Assembly: GCA_003235575.1 (NCBI GenBank)
Contig: QJVW01000069.1
Location: 9,131-73,130, forward strand
Direction: 5' to 3'
From: Candidatus Eiseniibacteriota bacterium
GTDB taxonomy: Bacteria > Eisenbacteria > RBG-16-71-46 > SZUA-252
DNA: 64,000 nucleotides
Both the position numbers and the translations under genes were made by a program. The notes beneath the pieces were generated by a model. That model worked only from the letters and a program-made list of their open reading frames with translations. It made no database searches and was not told the origin of the DNA. Positions 28,862 through 38,063 of the stretch are shown one piece after another (positions within the stretch are counted from its first letter, which is position 1; each line of letters starts with the position of its first letter).

Positions 28862-30160
28862 ATGATCGAACCGAATCCCGCCACGGCAGCCGCCGTGGCC
28901 GAACCGAAGCAGAGACCGGGCGAGGCCCATGAAGTACTGGAGGTGGCGTTCAAGGCGCGCCGCCGCGAGTACTACGCCAACCCCAAGGAGATCCCGATCC
29001 GCACGGGCGATTGGATCATCGTCCAGGCCGACCGCGGGGAGGATCTCGGCCGGGTTCACCACACCCATGAGTGGGTGAAGCGCGACCACCTTCCGGGAAA
29101 CCTGCGCACGGTGATCCGCCCCGCACGGCCCGACGATCTGGAGCGCCTGGAGCAGAACCGCTCCAAGGAAGAGCGCGCCTTCCGGACGTGCAAGGAGCGC
29201 GTCGAGCACCGGGAAGTGGAGATGAAGGTCGTCGACTGCGAGTATCAGTTCGACGGCAACCGCATCACCTTCTTCTTCACCGCGGAGAAGCGAATCGACT
29301 TCCGCGACCTGGTCAAGGATCTCGCCTCGATCTTTCGCACCCGCATCGAGCTGCGTCAGATCGGCGTGCGCGACGAGTCGGGCCGGATCGGAGGAATGGG
29401 CACCTGCGGGCGCGAGCTCTGCTGCGCCACCTGGCTCCGCGAATTCGAGCCGATCACGCTGAAGATGGCCAAGGACCAGGGGCTTTCCCCCAGTCCCTCC
29501 AAGATCTCGGGCGCGTGCGGCAGGCTGAAGTGCTGCCTGCGCTACGAACTCGATTTCTACAAGGAGTCCGCCCGCGAGTTTCCAAAGGTCGGAAGCCGCG
29601 TGGATCTGCAGGGCGTGACGTGGGAGGTGGGGCGCGTCGACATCTTCAACCGCAGGCTGAAACTCTACGACGGCGCCGGAAAGGAGAGCGAAATCGCTCT
29701 CGAGGAAATTCCCTCCGGGACGAAGCTCGTCGGACCGACGCGTGATCGTCGAAAGGGTTGCGACAAGAAGGGCTGCGGTTCGCGCGGGGCGAAGCCCGGC
29801 GACGGGGGCGGACACGACCACCCGACCGACAAGCCCGAGCAACCGGGTCGCACCGGCCGTCGCGACCCGTCGGGCCGGTCGCACCGAGGGGGCCGGGCGA
29901 AGAGCGCGCCGCCGGCTCCGGCCCCGCCCACCGGCAGCGGTTCCGCCCCCGGCGCCTCTGGCGCCCCGGGCGCCCCGGGCACGCCGGCTCCCGGCGAGAA
30001 TCCGCCGCAGGGAGGTATCGTGCGTCGTCCGCTCGACGGACCGGGGCGTGGCCGCCGCCGCCGCCGCGGCCGTCGGGATCGCGGGGGGGGAGCCTCCGGC
30101 TCCGGAACGTCGTCCAATGGACCGAAAGGCGGGCCGTCGGGCCCGGCACAGGGATCATGA
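28862..30160 (+). CDS. PSP1 C-terminal domain protein (YaaT/RicT-like) with ~130-aa Gly/Pro/Arg-rich disordered tail
   Basis: Conserved PSP1 core (DWIIVQADRGEDLGRV...GMGTCGRELCCATWLREFEPITLKMAKDQ...GACGRLKCCLRYE). The holB-yaaT adjacency is as in Bacillus. C-terminal low-complexity region GCDKKGCGSRGAKPGDGGGHD...GRRRRRGRRDRGGGASGSG. Confidence 0.75.
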   Translation: MIEPNPATAAAVAEPKQRPGEAHEVLEVAFKARRREYYANPKEIPIRTGDWIIVQADRGEDLGRVHHTHEWVKRDHLPGNLRTVIRPARPDDLERLEQNRSKEERAFRTCKERVEHREVEMKVVDCEYQFDGNRITFFFTAEKRIDFRDLVKDLASIFRTRIELRQIGVRDESGRIGGMGTCGRELCCATWLREFEPITLKMAKDQGLSPSPSKISGACGRLKCCLRYELDFYKESAREFPKVGSRVDLQGVTWEVGRVDIFNRRLKLYDGAGKESEIALEEIPSGTKLVGPTRDRRKGCDKKGCGSRGAKPGDGGGHDHPTDKPEQPGRTGRRDPSGRSHRGGRAKSAPPAPAPPTGSGSAPGASGAPGAPGTPAPGENPPQGGIVRRPLDGPGRGRRRRRGRRDRGGGASGSGTSSNGPKGGPSGPAQGS

Positions 30161-31701
30161 ACAAGTTCTACATCACCACCGCCATCGACTATGTGAACAG
30201 CGCGCCCCATATCGGGACGGCGTACGAGAAGATCGCAGCCGATGCGATCGCCCGGTACAAGCGCTTGGCGGGGTTCGACACGCGATTCCTCATGGGGAAC
30301 GACGAGCACTCCATCAACGTCGAAAAGGCCGCGCGCGAGAAGGGTATGGATCCGCTCGCCTATTGCGATCAAATGGCCGAGGTCTTCCAGGGCGTGTGGA
30401 AGCGTCTCGACATTTCCTACGACGATTTCATTCGCACTACCGAGCCGCGGCATCATCGCGCGGTGCAGGAGCTTCTTCGGCGCATCGTCGCGCGCGGGGA
30501 CATCTTCCGGGGCAAGTACGAGGGGTATTACTGCGTCGGGTGCGAACGCTTCTATCCCGAGAAGGACCTCGTCGACGGCAAGTGTCCGGACCACAAGACG
30601 GAGCCGCAGTGGGTGAGCGAGGAGAACTGGTTCTTCAAGCTCTCGGCGTACGGCCCGCGCCTTCTCGCCTTCTACAAGGAGCACCCCGACTTCTTGATCC
30701 CCGCCATCCGCCGGAACGAAATCGTGAACGTGATCGAGGGCGGACTGGAGGACATCTCCGTTTCCCGCGCCTCGACCTGGGGCATTCCGTTTCCGGACGA
30801 CCCGGCGCAGCGCGTCTACGTCTGGTTCGACGCGCTCATCAACTACATCTCGGGGGTCGATTTCCCCTCCGAGGATGGGCGCTGGCGATACTGGCCGGCC
30901 GACCTTCACGTCATCGGGAAGGACATCACCCGCTTTCACTGCATCATCTGGCCCGCCATGCTGATGAGCGCCGGCGTGCCCCTGCCGAAGGCGGTGCTGG
31001 GACACGGCTGGGTGCATTTCCAGGGGGAGAAGCTCTCCAAGTCGCTGGGCAACATCGTGAACCCGCTCGACATCGCCGAGAAGTGGGGCTCCGACTCCCT
31101 TCGCTACTACCTCTTGAAGGAGGTGCCGCTCTCGCGCGACGGCGACTTCACATGGCAGCTCTTCATCGAGCGGTACAACTCGGATTTGGCCAACGACTGG
31201 GGCAATCTGTTCACCCGAACGGTGTCGATGGTGCACCGGTACCGGGCGGGGCTGCTGGCGTCCCGCGAGGCGGGCGCGGAACTGAAGGCGCTGATCGTGG
31301 CCGCGCTTCGCGACTACCGCGAGGGGATGGACCGCTACGCCATCGAGGACGGCATCGAAGCGGCCTGGACGATCATCCGCCGCGCGAATCAGATGGTCGA
31401 AGAGGGCGCGCCCTGGAAGTTGGCCAAGGATCCCGCGAAGGCGGCCGAACTCGACGCACTCCTGGGAGAACTCGTCGTGGCGCTGCAGCACACCGCCCTT
31501 CTACTCTTCCCGGTGATGCCGGCCAAGGCCCGCCTGGTCTGGGAGACGCTGCGGCTGACGCCAGCGATCGAAGAGGCGCGCTTCCCCGCGGAAGGCTCGC
31601 TCCTGCCGCCGCCCCCCGGGGACACCCCGCTGGGCGAATCGAAGCCGCTATTTCCCCGCATCGACAAGGCGCCGACGGAGAGTCCGGCACGCACGGCATG
31701 A
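30157..31701 (+). CDS. metG: methionine--tRNA ligase (short form, no C-terminal tRNA-binding domain)
   Basis: HIGH motif region MNKFYITTAIDYVNSAPHIGTAYEKI and KMSKS GEKLSKSLGN. ATGA overlap with the upstream gene. Confidence 0.92.
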   Translation: MNKFYITTAIDYVNSAPHIGTAYEKIAADAIARYKRLAGFDTRFLMGNDEHSINVEKAAREKGMDPLAYCDQMAEVFQGVWKRLDISYDDFIRTTEPRHHRAVQELLRRIVARGDIFRGKYEGYYCVGCERFYPEKDLVDGKCPDHKTEPQWVSEENWFFKLSAYGPRLLAFYKEHPDFLIPAIRRNEIVNVIEGGLEDISVSRASTWGIPFPDDPAQRVYVWFDALINYISGVDFPSEDGRWRYWPADLHVIGKDITRFHCIIWPAMLMSAGVPLPKAVLGHGWVHFQGEKLSKSLGNIVNPLDIAEKWGSDSLRYYLLKEVPLSRDGDFTWQLFIERYNSDLANDWGNLFTRTVSMVHRYRAGLLASREAGAELKALIVAALRDYREGMDRYAIEDGIEAAWTIIRRANQMVEEGAPWKLAKDPAKAAELDALLGELVVALQHTALLLFPVMPAKARLVWETLRLTPAIEEARFPAEGSLLPPPPGDTPLGESKPLFPRIDKAPTESPARTA

Positions 31702-32459
31702 TCGACTCCCACGCCCACGTCGGACGCGACGAATTCGATACGGACCGCGATGCCGTGCTGGCGCGCGCGCGCGACGCGGGCGTGCGCTGGATCGTGGAGG
31801 CGGCCACCGACGCGGCCTCGGCGAAGGCGACGGTGGCGCTTGCCCGCCGGTCGCCGGGCGTGCGGGCCGCCGTGGGCATGCACCCGTGCGACGTGCGCGA
31901 GGACCGCGCCGCCGAGCTGGACGAGATCGAAACACTGGCGGAGGAGCGCGAGGTCGTGGCGGTCGGGGAGACCGGGCTCGACGGGCACTGGCCGGAAAAC
32001 GCGCCGATGCCGGTTCAGGAGGCGTTCCTTCGGCGGCACATCGCCCTCGCCAAGAAAGTCGGGAAGCCGCTGGTCCTCCACCACCGGAAGACGGGCGAGC
32101 GCGTGGCCGAGATCCTGGAGCAGGAGGGGCCGCCCGCGGCGGGCGGGTCGTTCCATTGCTTCGCGGGGGATCTGGCCCTGGCACGCCGCGTGGTCGCCAT
32201 GGGGTTCAAGATCGGCGTCGGCGGCTCGTCGACCTTCAAGAAGAGCGACATCCCGGAACTGGTCCGGATGATCGGCCTCCAGCACGTCCTTCTCGAGACC
32301 GACAGCCCCTACCTGGCTCCGGTGCCCCACCGCGGCAAGCGGAACGAACCGGCCTACCTGGCGCTGGTGCGCGACCACCTGGCGGCGGCGCTGGACATGA
32401 CGCCGGCCGCCGTGGAGGAGGCGACGGATGCTTCGGCCCGAGCGCTCTTTCGCCTCTAG
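31698..32459 (+). CDS. tatD: TatD-family metal-dependent hydrolase
   Basis: MIDSHAHVGRDEFDTDRD...GETGLD...HCFAG TatD motifs. ATGA overlap with metG. Confidence 0.85.
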   Translation: MIDSHAHVGRDEFDTDRDAVLARARDAGVRWIVEAATDAASAKATVALARRSPGVRAAVGMHPCDVREDRAAELDEIETLAEEREVVAVGETGLDGHWPENAPMPVQEAFLRRHIALAKKVGKPLVLHHRKTGERVAEILEQEGPPAAGGSFHCFAGDLALARRVVAMGFKIGVGGSSTFKKSDIPELVRMIGLQHVLLETDSPYLAPVPHRGKRNEPAYLALVRDHLAAALDMTPAAVEEATDASARALFRL

Positions 32460-33372
32460 GGAGGCGGCCGCCCCGAAGGGTGGGAAGGCCGCGCCGAAAA
32501 CTCCCGGCGCGGAAGATTCCGCCCCCACGCACGCGACGAGCGGCGTCGTGGCGTCGCTCCGGTCCCTGGATGTTCGGCCGAGCCGTCGGTTGGGCCAGAA
32601 CTTTCTCACCGACCCGCGCGTCGCCGAGCGGATCGCGGCCGTGGCGTTGGGCGCCGGCGCGACCGGTCCGATCGTCGAGATCGGCCCGGGCCTGGGCGCG
32701 CTGACCGAGCGGCTGGCGGCGAGCGGCCGCCCGCTGACCGCGGTGGAACTCGACCTCCGCCTCGCCGAACACGTCGAATCGCTGCTCCGCCCCTGGCCCC
32801 AGGCACGCGTCGTCCGCGGCGACATCCTGGACCAGCGCCTGGCCTTGCTCGCCCCCGGCGACGATCCCGTGACCATCGTCGCGAACCTCCCCTACGCGAT
32901 CACGAGTCCCGCGATCGAGTGGATCCTGCAGCAGGGGCCGCGCGTGAAGCGGGCGGTGCTCATGATCCAGCGGGAGGTGGCGCAGCGTCTGACCGCGAAG
33001 CCGGGCACGAAGGAGTACGGCAGCTTCTCCGTGTTCGTAGCGCTGCACGGCGAAATCGAGATCGCATTCCGCGTGTCGCCGGGGGCGTTCCATCCCCGGC
33101 CCGACATCGACTCGGTGGTCTTCACGCTCACGCCGCGCCCCTATCCGGGGACGGACGCCGAGGAGCGCGTCGCGGTCGGGCGCCTGGTTCGCGCGGCGAC
33201 CGGTGGGCGGAGGAAGACGCTGGCGAACGCGCTGTCGAAGGGACTGGCGGTCACCGCGAACGAAGCCCGCGCCCTTCTCGCGAGCGCGGGGATCGACGCC
33301 GGCCGGCGCGCCGAAACGCTGAACGTGGACGAATGGTTGCGGATCGCGCGGGCGGAGGGGGCGCGGGGGTGA
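32428..33372 (+). CDS. rsmA: 16S rRNA (adenine1518/1519-N6)-dimethyltransferase RsmA/KsgA
   Basis: LGQNFLTDPRVAERIA...IVEIGPGLGALTERL...ANLPYAITSP motifs. The true start may be downstream of 32428, because the N-terminal 40 aa are non-conserved. Confidence 0.85.
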   Translation: MLRPERSFASREAAAPKGGKAAPKTPGAEDSAPTHATSGVVASLRSLDVRPSRRLGQNFLTDPRVAERIAAVALGAGATGPIVEIGPGLGALTERLAASGRPLTAVELDLRLAEHVESLLRPWPQARVVRGDILDQRLALLAPGDDPVTIVANLPYAITSPAIEWILQQGPRVKRAVLMIQREVAQRLTAKPGTKEYGSFSVFVALHGEIEIAFRVSPGAFHPRPDIDSVVFTLTPRPYPGTDAEERVAVGRLVRAATGGRRKTLANALSKGLAVTANEARALLASAGIDAGRRAETLNVDEWLRIARAEGARG

Positions 33373-35417
33373 GGCGGAGGGGCGTTCCCGTCCCCGCGGC
33401 TCGAGCCATGCTCGCCGCGCTAGCGGTCGTAGCCGCCTGTCTTCTCGTCGCGGCGCCGCGGACATCGGTCGCCCAGGAGTCGGATCCGTACGCGGGGGTC
33501 GTCGAGGACAGCGTCTTCCAGGTGACCCCGCGATCGCCGATTTCCTATTCCTCCTACTACTCCCGTGACCAGGCTCGAGCGGCGTGGACGCAGAGCATCG
33601 ACTACAACCGGACCGTGGGGAAGTTCGCGCTGGGGCTCAACGGCGGCACGTCCACGGCGGAGGACCTGCTCGGCATCGCCTCCACGAACACGTCCGGGGA
33701 TCTTGCCGGCCGCATCAATTGGCGCGCCGCCCCCGCATGGGTCCTTACCCTCGATGGCCGGTTTTCGATGAACTCGATCTCCGACGGGTCGCGGGGAAGC
33801 GGCTCGGAACAGCGGCGAAACCGCCTGGCGCTCAAGACCCAATACTCCGCCAAACCGATCGAGTCGGCGCGACTCGTCGTGCTCGGGTCGAGCGAATTCC
33901 AGCAAAACTATGATCTCCGGTTTGGCGAAGGATCGGCGGCCGCGGCGGATTCGATGCCCTCCGGCACGCGCGTCGCGTCGCGTGACTCCTCCTATTTCTC
34001 CGGGCGCCTCGATGCGATTCGAGGCCAGTTGGATTGGAAATTGCGCAGCGACGTCACCTTCAAGGGCGTCGCGTCGGGGAGCCGCATCCGTCCGACGACC
34101 AACGTAGAGGCGTCCAGGTACTTCGTGCCGGGGGATGGCTCATCCCCGGTGGATCGCGTGAACACGCTGTCGATTCGCCAATCCGCGGACAACGGGCTGC
34201 TCGACGGCACCGTGACCTACACGGGCCTGCGCGCCACGACGTTCGAGCTTCGCTCCGTCCGCGACGGCATCGACCAAGTCTATTTCGACCTGGGCCAGTT
34301 GCAGGTGGAACAGTACTCCAACGACTCGCGGCGGCATGCCTTCCGCATCCAGAGCGGAGCTCTGATTCCCGTGACGGTGAACCTGAATGCGGTGCTGAAT
34401 CGATCCCTTCGCCTCTATGCGGCACGACCGAATCTCAACGCGCTGATCACCACGCGCGAGATCGGGGGAGGGGTCGGATACATGACCAGAGAAACGAGGG
34501 TGTCCACGAACTTCACCGTGAACCGAACGCGAGCCGAACAGCAGGCTGCTTCGAACGGGCTTACGATCAGTCGCCTGATTTCCGCGAACGTAACGCAGCA
34601 CGTCGCGGGACAGCTCTATCTCGTGGGTCTGGGCAGCGCCTCGCTCTTCTCCTACCAGTACTTGGTTCCACCCGGCTCGAATCGGACGTTCAGCGCGGAC
34701 GACCGGGACATCGCGAGCGCGTTCGCCAGCGTCGGATTTCGATTCGGGATCACGCCGCGCTGCAGCACGTCGGCGAATTTCTCCGTCAATCGCTCCCACA
34801 ATGTCTCCATCGACGAGACGCGTTCGACCGGGAACATCGCGACGACCGTATACCAGATCAACGGCGGGATCCGGTTGCCGTTGACGCGCGACGTCACCAT
34901 CGGGCAGACCTACGTGTTGAGCGCCAACTACCGCCTCTTCGACTACGATGAATTGCGCAACGATCTCACGCGGAACTTCCGCATTGAGACGACCGTCGCG
35001 GACACACTGTCCCGATTCGCCTATCTCCGCCTCGATCACCGCTACTATTTCTTCGACCGGGGAGACTACACGCCGATCACACCTGGAGGTCCGGTCGGCT
35101 ACGGCGTCTCGCAAGAGCAATTCCAGCAGATTCTCGAGGGCACCGTGGGGATCCGGCCGATCCCGGGCCTGCTGCTCCTGGCGAAACAGAGCCTCGCCGA
35201 CACCCGGAACCACGATATCCTCACGGATGCGCGAACGACGACCCAGCAGTGGAATTTGAATCTCGGCCTTGAGGTGAACCGTTCGTTCTGGGGCGGAGCG
35301 GGGTTGATCGGGTCGGTACGGCACGAAAGCAGGTACCAAAACCTTTCGACCATGACCGAATCGGACAACAAGGAGGACCATTGGATCGCCGGCATCACGT
35401 TCCAAAAGGACTTCTAG
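33369..35417 (+). CDS. large outer-membrane beta-barrel protein, function unknown (682 aa)
   Basis: Signal peptide (V/M)RRRGVPVPAARAMLAALAVVAACLLVAAPRTSVAQE. Ser/Thr/Asn/Arg-rich with alternating-polarity strands and a C-terminal ...HWIAGITFQKDF ending in Phe (OMP signature). GTG start overlaps the rsmA stop. The ORF-track start at 32919 is an in-frame read-through artifact. Confidence 0.55.
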   Translation: MRRRGVPVPAARAMLAALAVVAACLLVAAPRTSVAQESDPYAGVVEDSVFQVTPRSPISYSSYYSRDQARAAWTQSIDYNRTVGKFALGLNGGTSTAEDLLGIASTNTSGDLAGRINWRAAPAWVLTLDGRFSMNSISDGSRGSGSEQRRNRLALKTQYSAKPIESARLVVLGSSEFQQNYDLRFGEGSAAAADSMPSGTRVASRDSSYFSGRLDAIRGQLDWKLRSDVTFKGVASGSRIRPTTNVEASRYFVPGDGSSPVDRVNTLSIRQSADNGLLDGTVTYTGLRATTFELRSVRDGIDQVYFDLGQLQVEQYSNDSRRHAFRIQSGALIPVTVNLNAVLNRSLRLYAARPNLNALITTREIGGGVGYMTRETRVSTNFTVNRTRAEQQAASNGLTISRLISANVTQHVAGQLYLVGLGSASLFSYQYLVPPGSNRTFSADDRDIASAFASVGFRFGITPRCSTSANFSVNRSHNVSIDETRSTGNIATTVYQINGGIRLPLTRDVTIGQTYVLSANYRLFDYDELRNDLTRNFRIETTVADTLSRFAYLRLDHRYYFFDRGDYTPITPGGPVGYGVSQEQFQQILEGTVGIRPIPGLLLLAKQSLADTRNHDILTDARTTTQQWNLNLGLEVNRSFWGGAGLIGSVRHESRYQNLSTMTESDNKEDHWIAGITFQKDF

Positions 35418-35992
35418 TCGGCCTTGCGGCGGGGGCGCTCTGCCTCATGGCGCTGGGGGGTGTCGGGTGCGGGCTGTTCGAAACGCGGAGCCCGATGGAT
35501 CCCGGCGCGAACACCTTCCCCTGCGCGTCCTTGGACGCTCCGGACAACGTGTTCGCGAACCTTCGGAAATCGTTCGGCCAGGGAGCCGGGCTGGGCTGTT
35601 ACACGTCCGTGTTCGACCCATCGTTCGTCTTCCACGGTGATCCGACCGACGTCTCCGAAGCGCCGGCGGGGACATTCGACAACTGGGACAAGAGCGTCGA
35701 AGACCAAGTCAGCCTAGCCGTCGCCAACGACGCCAGCGACGTGGCGGTCACCTACAAGGGATCCCCGGAAATCGTCACGCAGGATATCGACCTGGAGATC
35801 AGGCGCTACACCTACGAAATCGCTTACGCAGGATCGGCGATTCCCGATACCCTGTTCCAAGGAATCGCGGAGTTGACGATTCGCAGGTCGACGTCCGGCC
35901 TATGGCAGATTACGGAGTGGTTCGATCTCCGCGACCCCGCGGGAACCACCACACGGACTTGGGGGTACCTACGTTCGTCCTACCGCATTTAG
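35381..35992 (+). CDS. hypothetical secreted protein or lipoprotein
   Basis: N-terminal hydrophobic segment KGLLVGLAAGALCLMALGGVGCG (signal peptide, possibly lipoprotein); no recognisable domain. Directly follows and overlaps the OMP gene. Confidence 0.4.
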   Translation: MDRRHHVPKGLLVGLAAGALCLMALGGVGCGLFETRSPMDPGANTFPCASLDAPDNVFANLRKSFGQGAGLGCYTSVFDPSFVFHGDPTDVSEAPAGTFDNWDKSVEDQVSLAVANDASDVAVTYKGSPEIVTQDIDLEIRRYTYEIAYAGSAIPDTLFQGIAELTIRRSTSGLWQITEWFDLRDPAGTTTRTWGYLRSSYRI

Positions 35993-36046
35993 CGCCCGCC
36001 ACGGACGGCGCCTTGATCCCGGTCGCCGATAGAGGTATAATCACTT

Positions 36047-36604
36047 ATGGTCATTCAAGTTAGAAACGCCGCGATCCTCTCGATCCTCGCCATCGGAGTG
36101 CTCAGCGGGTGCCTGTTCAGCCCCGAAAAGAAGGCCCCGATCAGCACGCCCCCGCCCGAGTACCCGGCGCCGAGGAACGTCAACCAGGCTCTTCTCAACA
36201 TGATTGCGGCCTACGAAGCGCGCGACTCCGTGGGCACCGAGGCCATCTACGACGTCAATTACCAGGGGTCGTCGGTCGACTTGGCGGATCCCAGGCCCAC
36301 GATCACCCTGAGCCAGATCGACGAACGGCATCACGTCGCGGTCCTGAAGCTCGATCCGAATATCGTGAGCGTCACGCTGAATTTCGGCCCTCAATCGTCA
36401 TGGATCCCTATCCCCCCGAACGTGGGCGAGGAAGACTGGAAGGTGCTGCAGATCAACTCGGCGAATATCGAGATCCGCGACGCGAACACGGGAACCACCT
36501 TCCAATCCCAGAACAACAAGATGGTGTACACCTTCATTCCACACGTCTCGACGTCCGGCGATACGACCTGGGCGATCCGTCGCTGGGAAGAGATCCGAAC
36601 CTAG
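36047..36604 (+). CDS. hypothetical lipoprotein
   Basis: Signal with lipobox AIGVLSGC. Lower GC than its neighbours; no recognisable domain. Confidence 0.5.
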   Translation: MVIQVRNAAILSILAIGVLSGCLFSPEKKAPISTPPPEYPAPRNVNQALLNMIAAYEARDSVGTEAIYDVNYQGSSVDLADPRPTITLSQIDERHHVAVLKLDPNIVSVTLNFGPQSSWIPIPPNVGEEDWKVLQINSANIEIRDANTGTTFQSQNNKMVYTFIPHVSTSGDTTWAIRRWEEIRT

Positions 36605-36736
36605 CAGCGCGCAAGCCCTCTCCGCGACACCGCCTGGAAGATCGTCCGGTGGACCGAGGTCAGGAACTGACCTAGAATCGGCCACTCGGTCCCGCGCGCC
36701 CGCGCGCCCGCGTTCACCCCCGAATTCGGCGAGGCC

Positions 36737-38032
36737 TTGGCCCGTACCCGTAAGAAGTCATCCCGTCGCGGCCGCGCACCCTCCAAGGGCGTGATCATCG
36801 GCCTCGCGGTGGTCCTCATCAGCGTTGTCGCCATCGTGGCGCGGAACCAACCGCGCATCCGGGACACCGCACCCCGCGATCAGGCCTCCTCCAGCGCGGC
36901 GGACAAGGCCGCGGCGGCCGATCCCGATTCGATGGGGCAGAGCCCGAACGCGATTCGCATCGAGTCCGACTGGGATCGCTTTCGGTTGCGCGTCGAATCC
37001 GAGTACCTGCGCCTCGTGCGCGCGGGCGACCCCGCCGCCATCAACCGTCTCACCAGCCGCACGCTGCGCGGGGCGTTGGAGGAGATCGGGATCACGCGGG
37101 ACCGGATCGACGAGCGTCCAGGCGCCGCCCGCGTCGCCGGCGCCGGCCGGGCGCCGGTTCGGTGGCGCATTCAAGTGTCGCCGCGTACCTCGCTCTATCG
37201 CATCAACGACGCCCTGACCCAGGCCATCCGCACCCTCGGGGGACACGTGATCCGGGGCGCCGAGCGCCCCGCGCGGCTCGCGGGGCACGCCCTCGATCTT
37301 CGCATTGGCTACGGGGGAAGGGTCACGCACGCGATCATCGTGGAGCCGGACGCGTCGATCTCGGATGTCGGCGCCCGCGTCGCGTTCATCGTGACCGACC
37401 TCGAGGACGCCGAACGCGATCTGTTCCAGGTGTTCCTGGAGAGCACGGTCCCGTTCACGGCCGCCGTTCGACCCGACCGCTCCGAGGGGCCGAAGGTCGC
37501 GCGACAATGGCGCGAGAGCGAGCGGGAAGTCTTCGTGCTTCTTCCCATGGAGCCGCGGGGATACCCCCAGAACGATCCCGGAAAGAACGCCATCCTGCTC
37601 GACCTCTCCCGGATCGAGATCGAGGACCGGGTGCAGCGCTGCCTCTCGGCGGCGGCACCGGTCGCGGGCGTCATGACCCGAATGGGCAGCGCCGCCCTGA
37701 ACGACCCCGACGTGATGAAGGCGGTGCTGGGCGAGATGCGCCGTCGCGGGCTACCCTTCCTGGACGCGCACGGCGCGGGCCCAAGCGTCGTGGAAGAAAT
37801 CGGCGAGATGATCGGCGCCCGTACGGCGGCGGTCGGCGGCAGGTTGGATGGGAAGTCGCCGGAGTCGTCCCGTTCGGAACTCCGGAAACTGATCGAAATG
37901 GCCGTGCAGCGCGGTGCGCTCTTGATCACCGTGCGCGCGAACGGGGTCGCGCTCCGCGCCATCGAGCGCGAACGCGAGGCATGGAAGGCGCGCGGCGTGG
38001 AGATCGTTCCCGCGTCGACGCTGATCCTTTGA
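36737..38032 (+). CDS. divergent polysaccharide deacetylase family protein (YibQ-like), membrane-anchored
   Basis: N-terminal TM anchor IIGLAVVLISVVAIV. Motif VMTRMGSAALNDPDVMKAVLGEMRRRGLPFLD resembles the YibQ-family NHMGS...RGL.F.DS motif (from memory). Confidence 0.45.
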   Translation: MARTRKKSSRRGRAPSKGVIIGLAVVLISVVAIVARNQPRIRDTAPRDQASSSAADKAAAADPDSMGQSPNAIRIESDWDRFRLRVESEYLRLVRAGDPAAINRLTSRTLRGALEEIGITRDRIDERPGAARVAGAGRAPVRWRIQVSPRTSLYRINDALTQAIRTLGGHVIRGAERPARLAGHALDLRIGYGGRVTHAIIVEPDASISDVGARVAFIVTDLEDAERDLFQVFLESTVPFTAAVRPDRSEGPKVARQWRESEREVFVLLPMEPRGYPQNDPGKNAILLDLSRIEIEDRVQRCLSAAAPVAGVMTRMGSAALNDPDVMKAVLGEMRRRGLPFLDAHGAGPSVVEEIGEMIGARTAAVGGRLDGKSPESSRSELRKLIEMAVQRGALLITVRANGVALRAIEREREAWKARGVEIVPASTLIL

Positions 38033-38063
38033 CGCCCGGATCACGTCCGGGAGAGGCGAAACG

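Noticed and set aside
29665-31491. 608-aa minus-strand ORF
   Set aside because: Antisense to metG (HIGH/KMSKS motifs on + strand).
35447-35992. Calling the 203-aa protein LptE
   Set aside because: Lipobox is non-canonical (GGVGC) and no LptE-specific motif could be recognised by eye. Kept only as a hypothesis inside the OMP finding.
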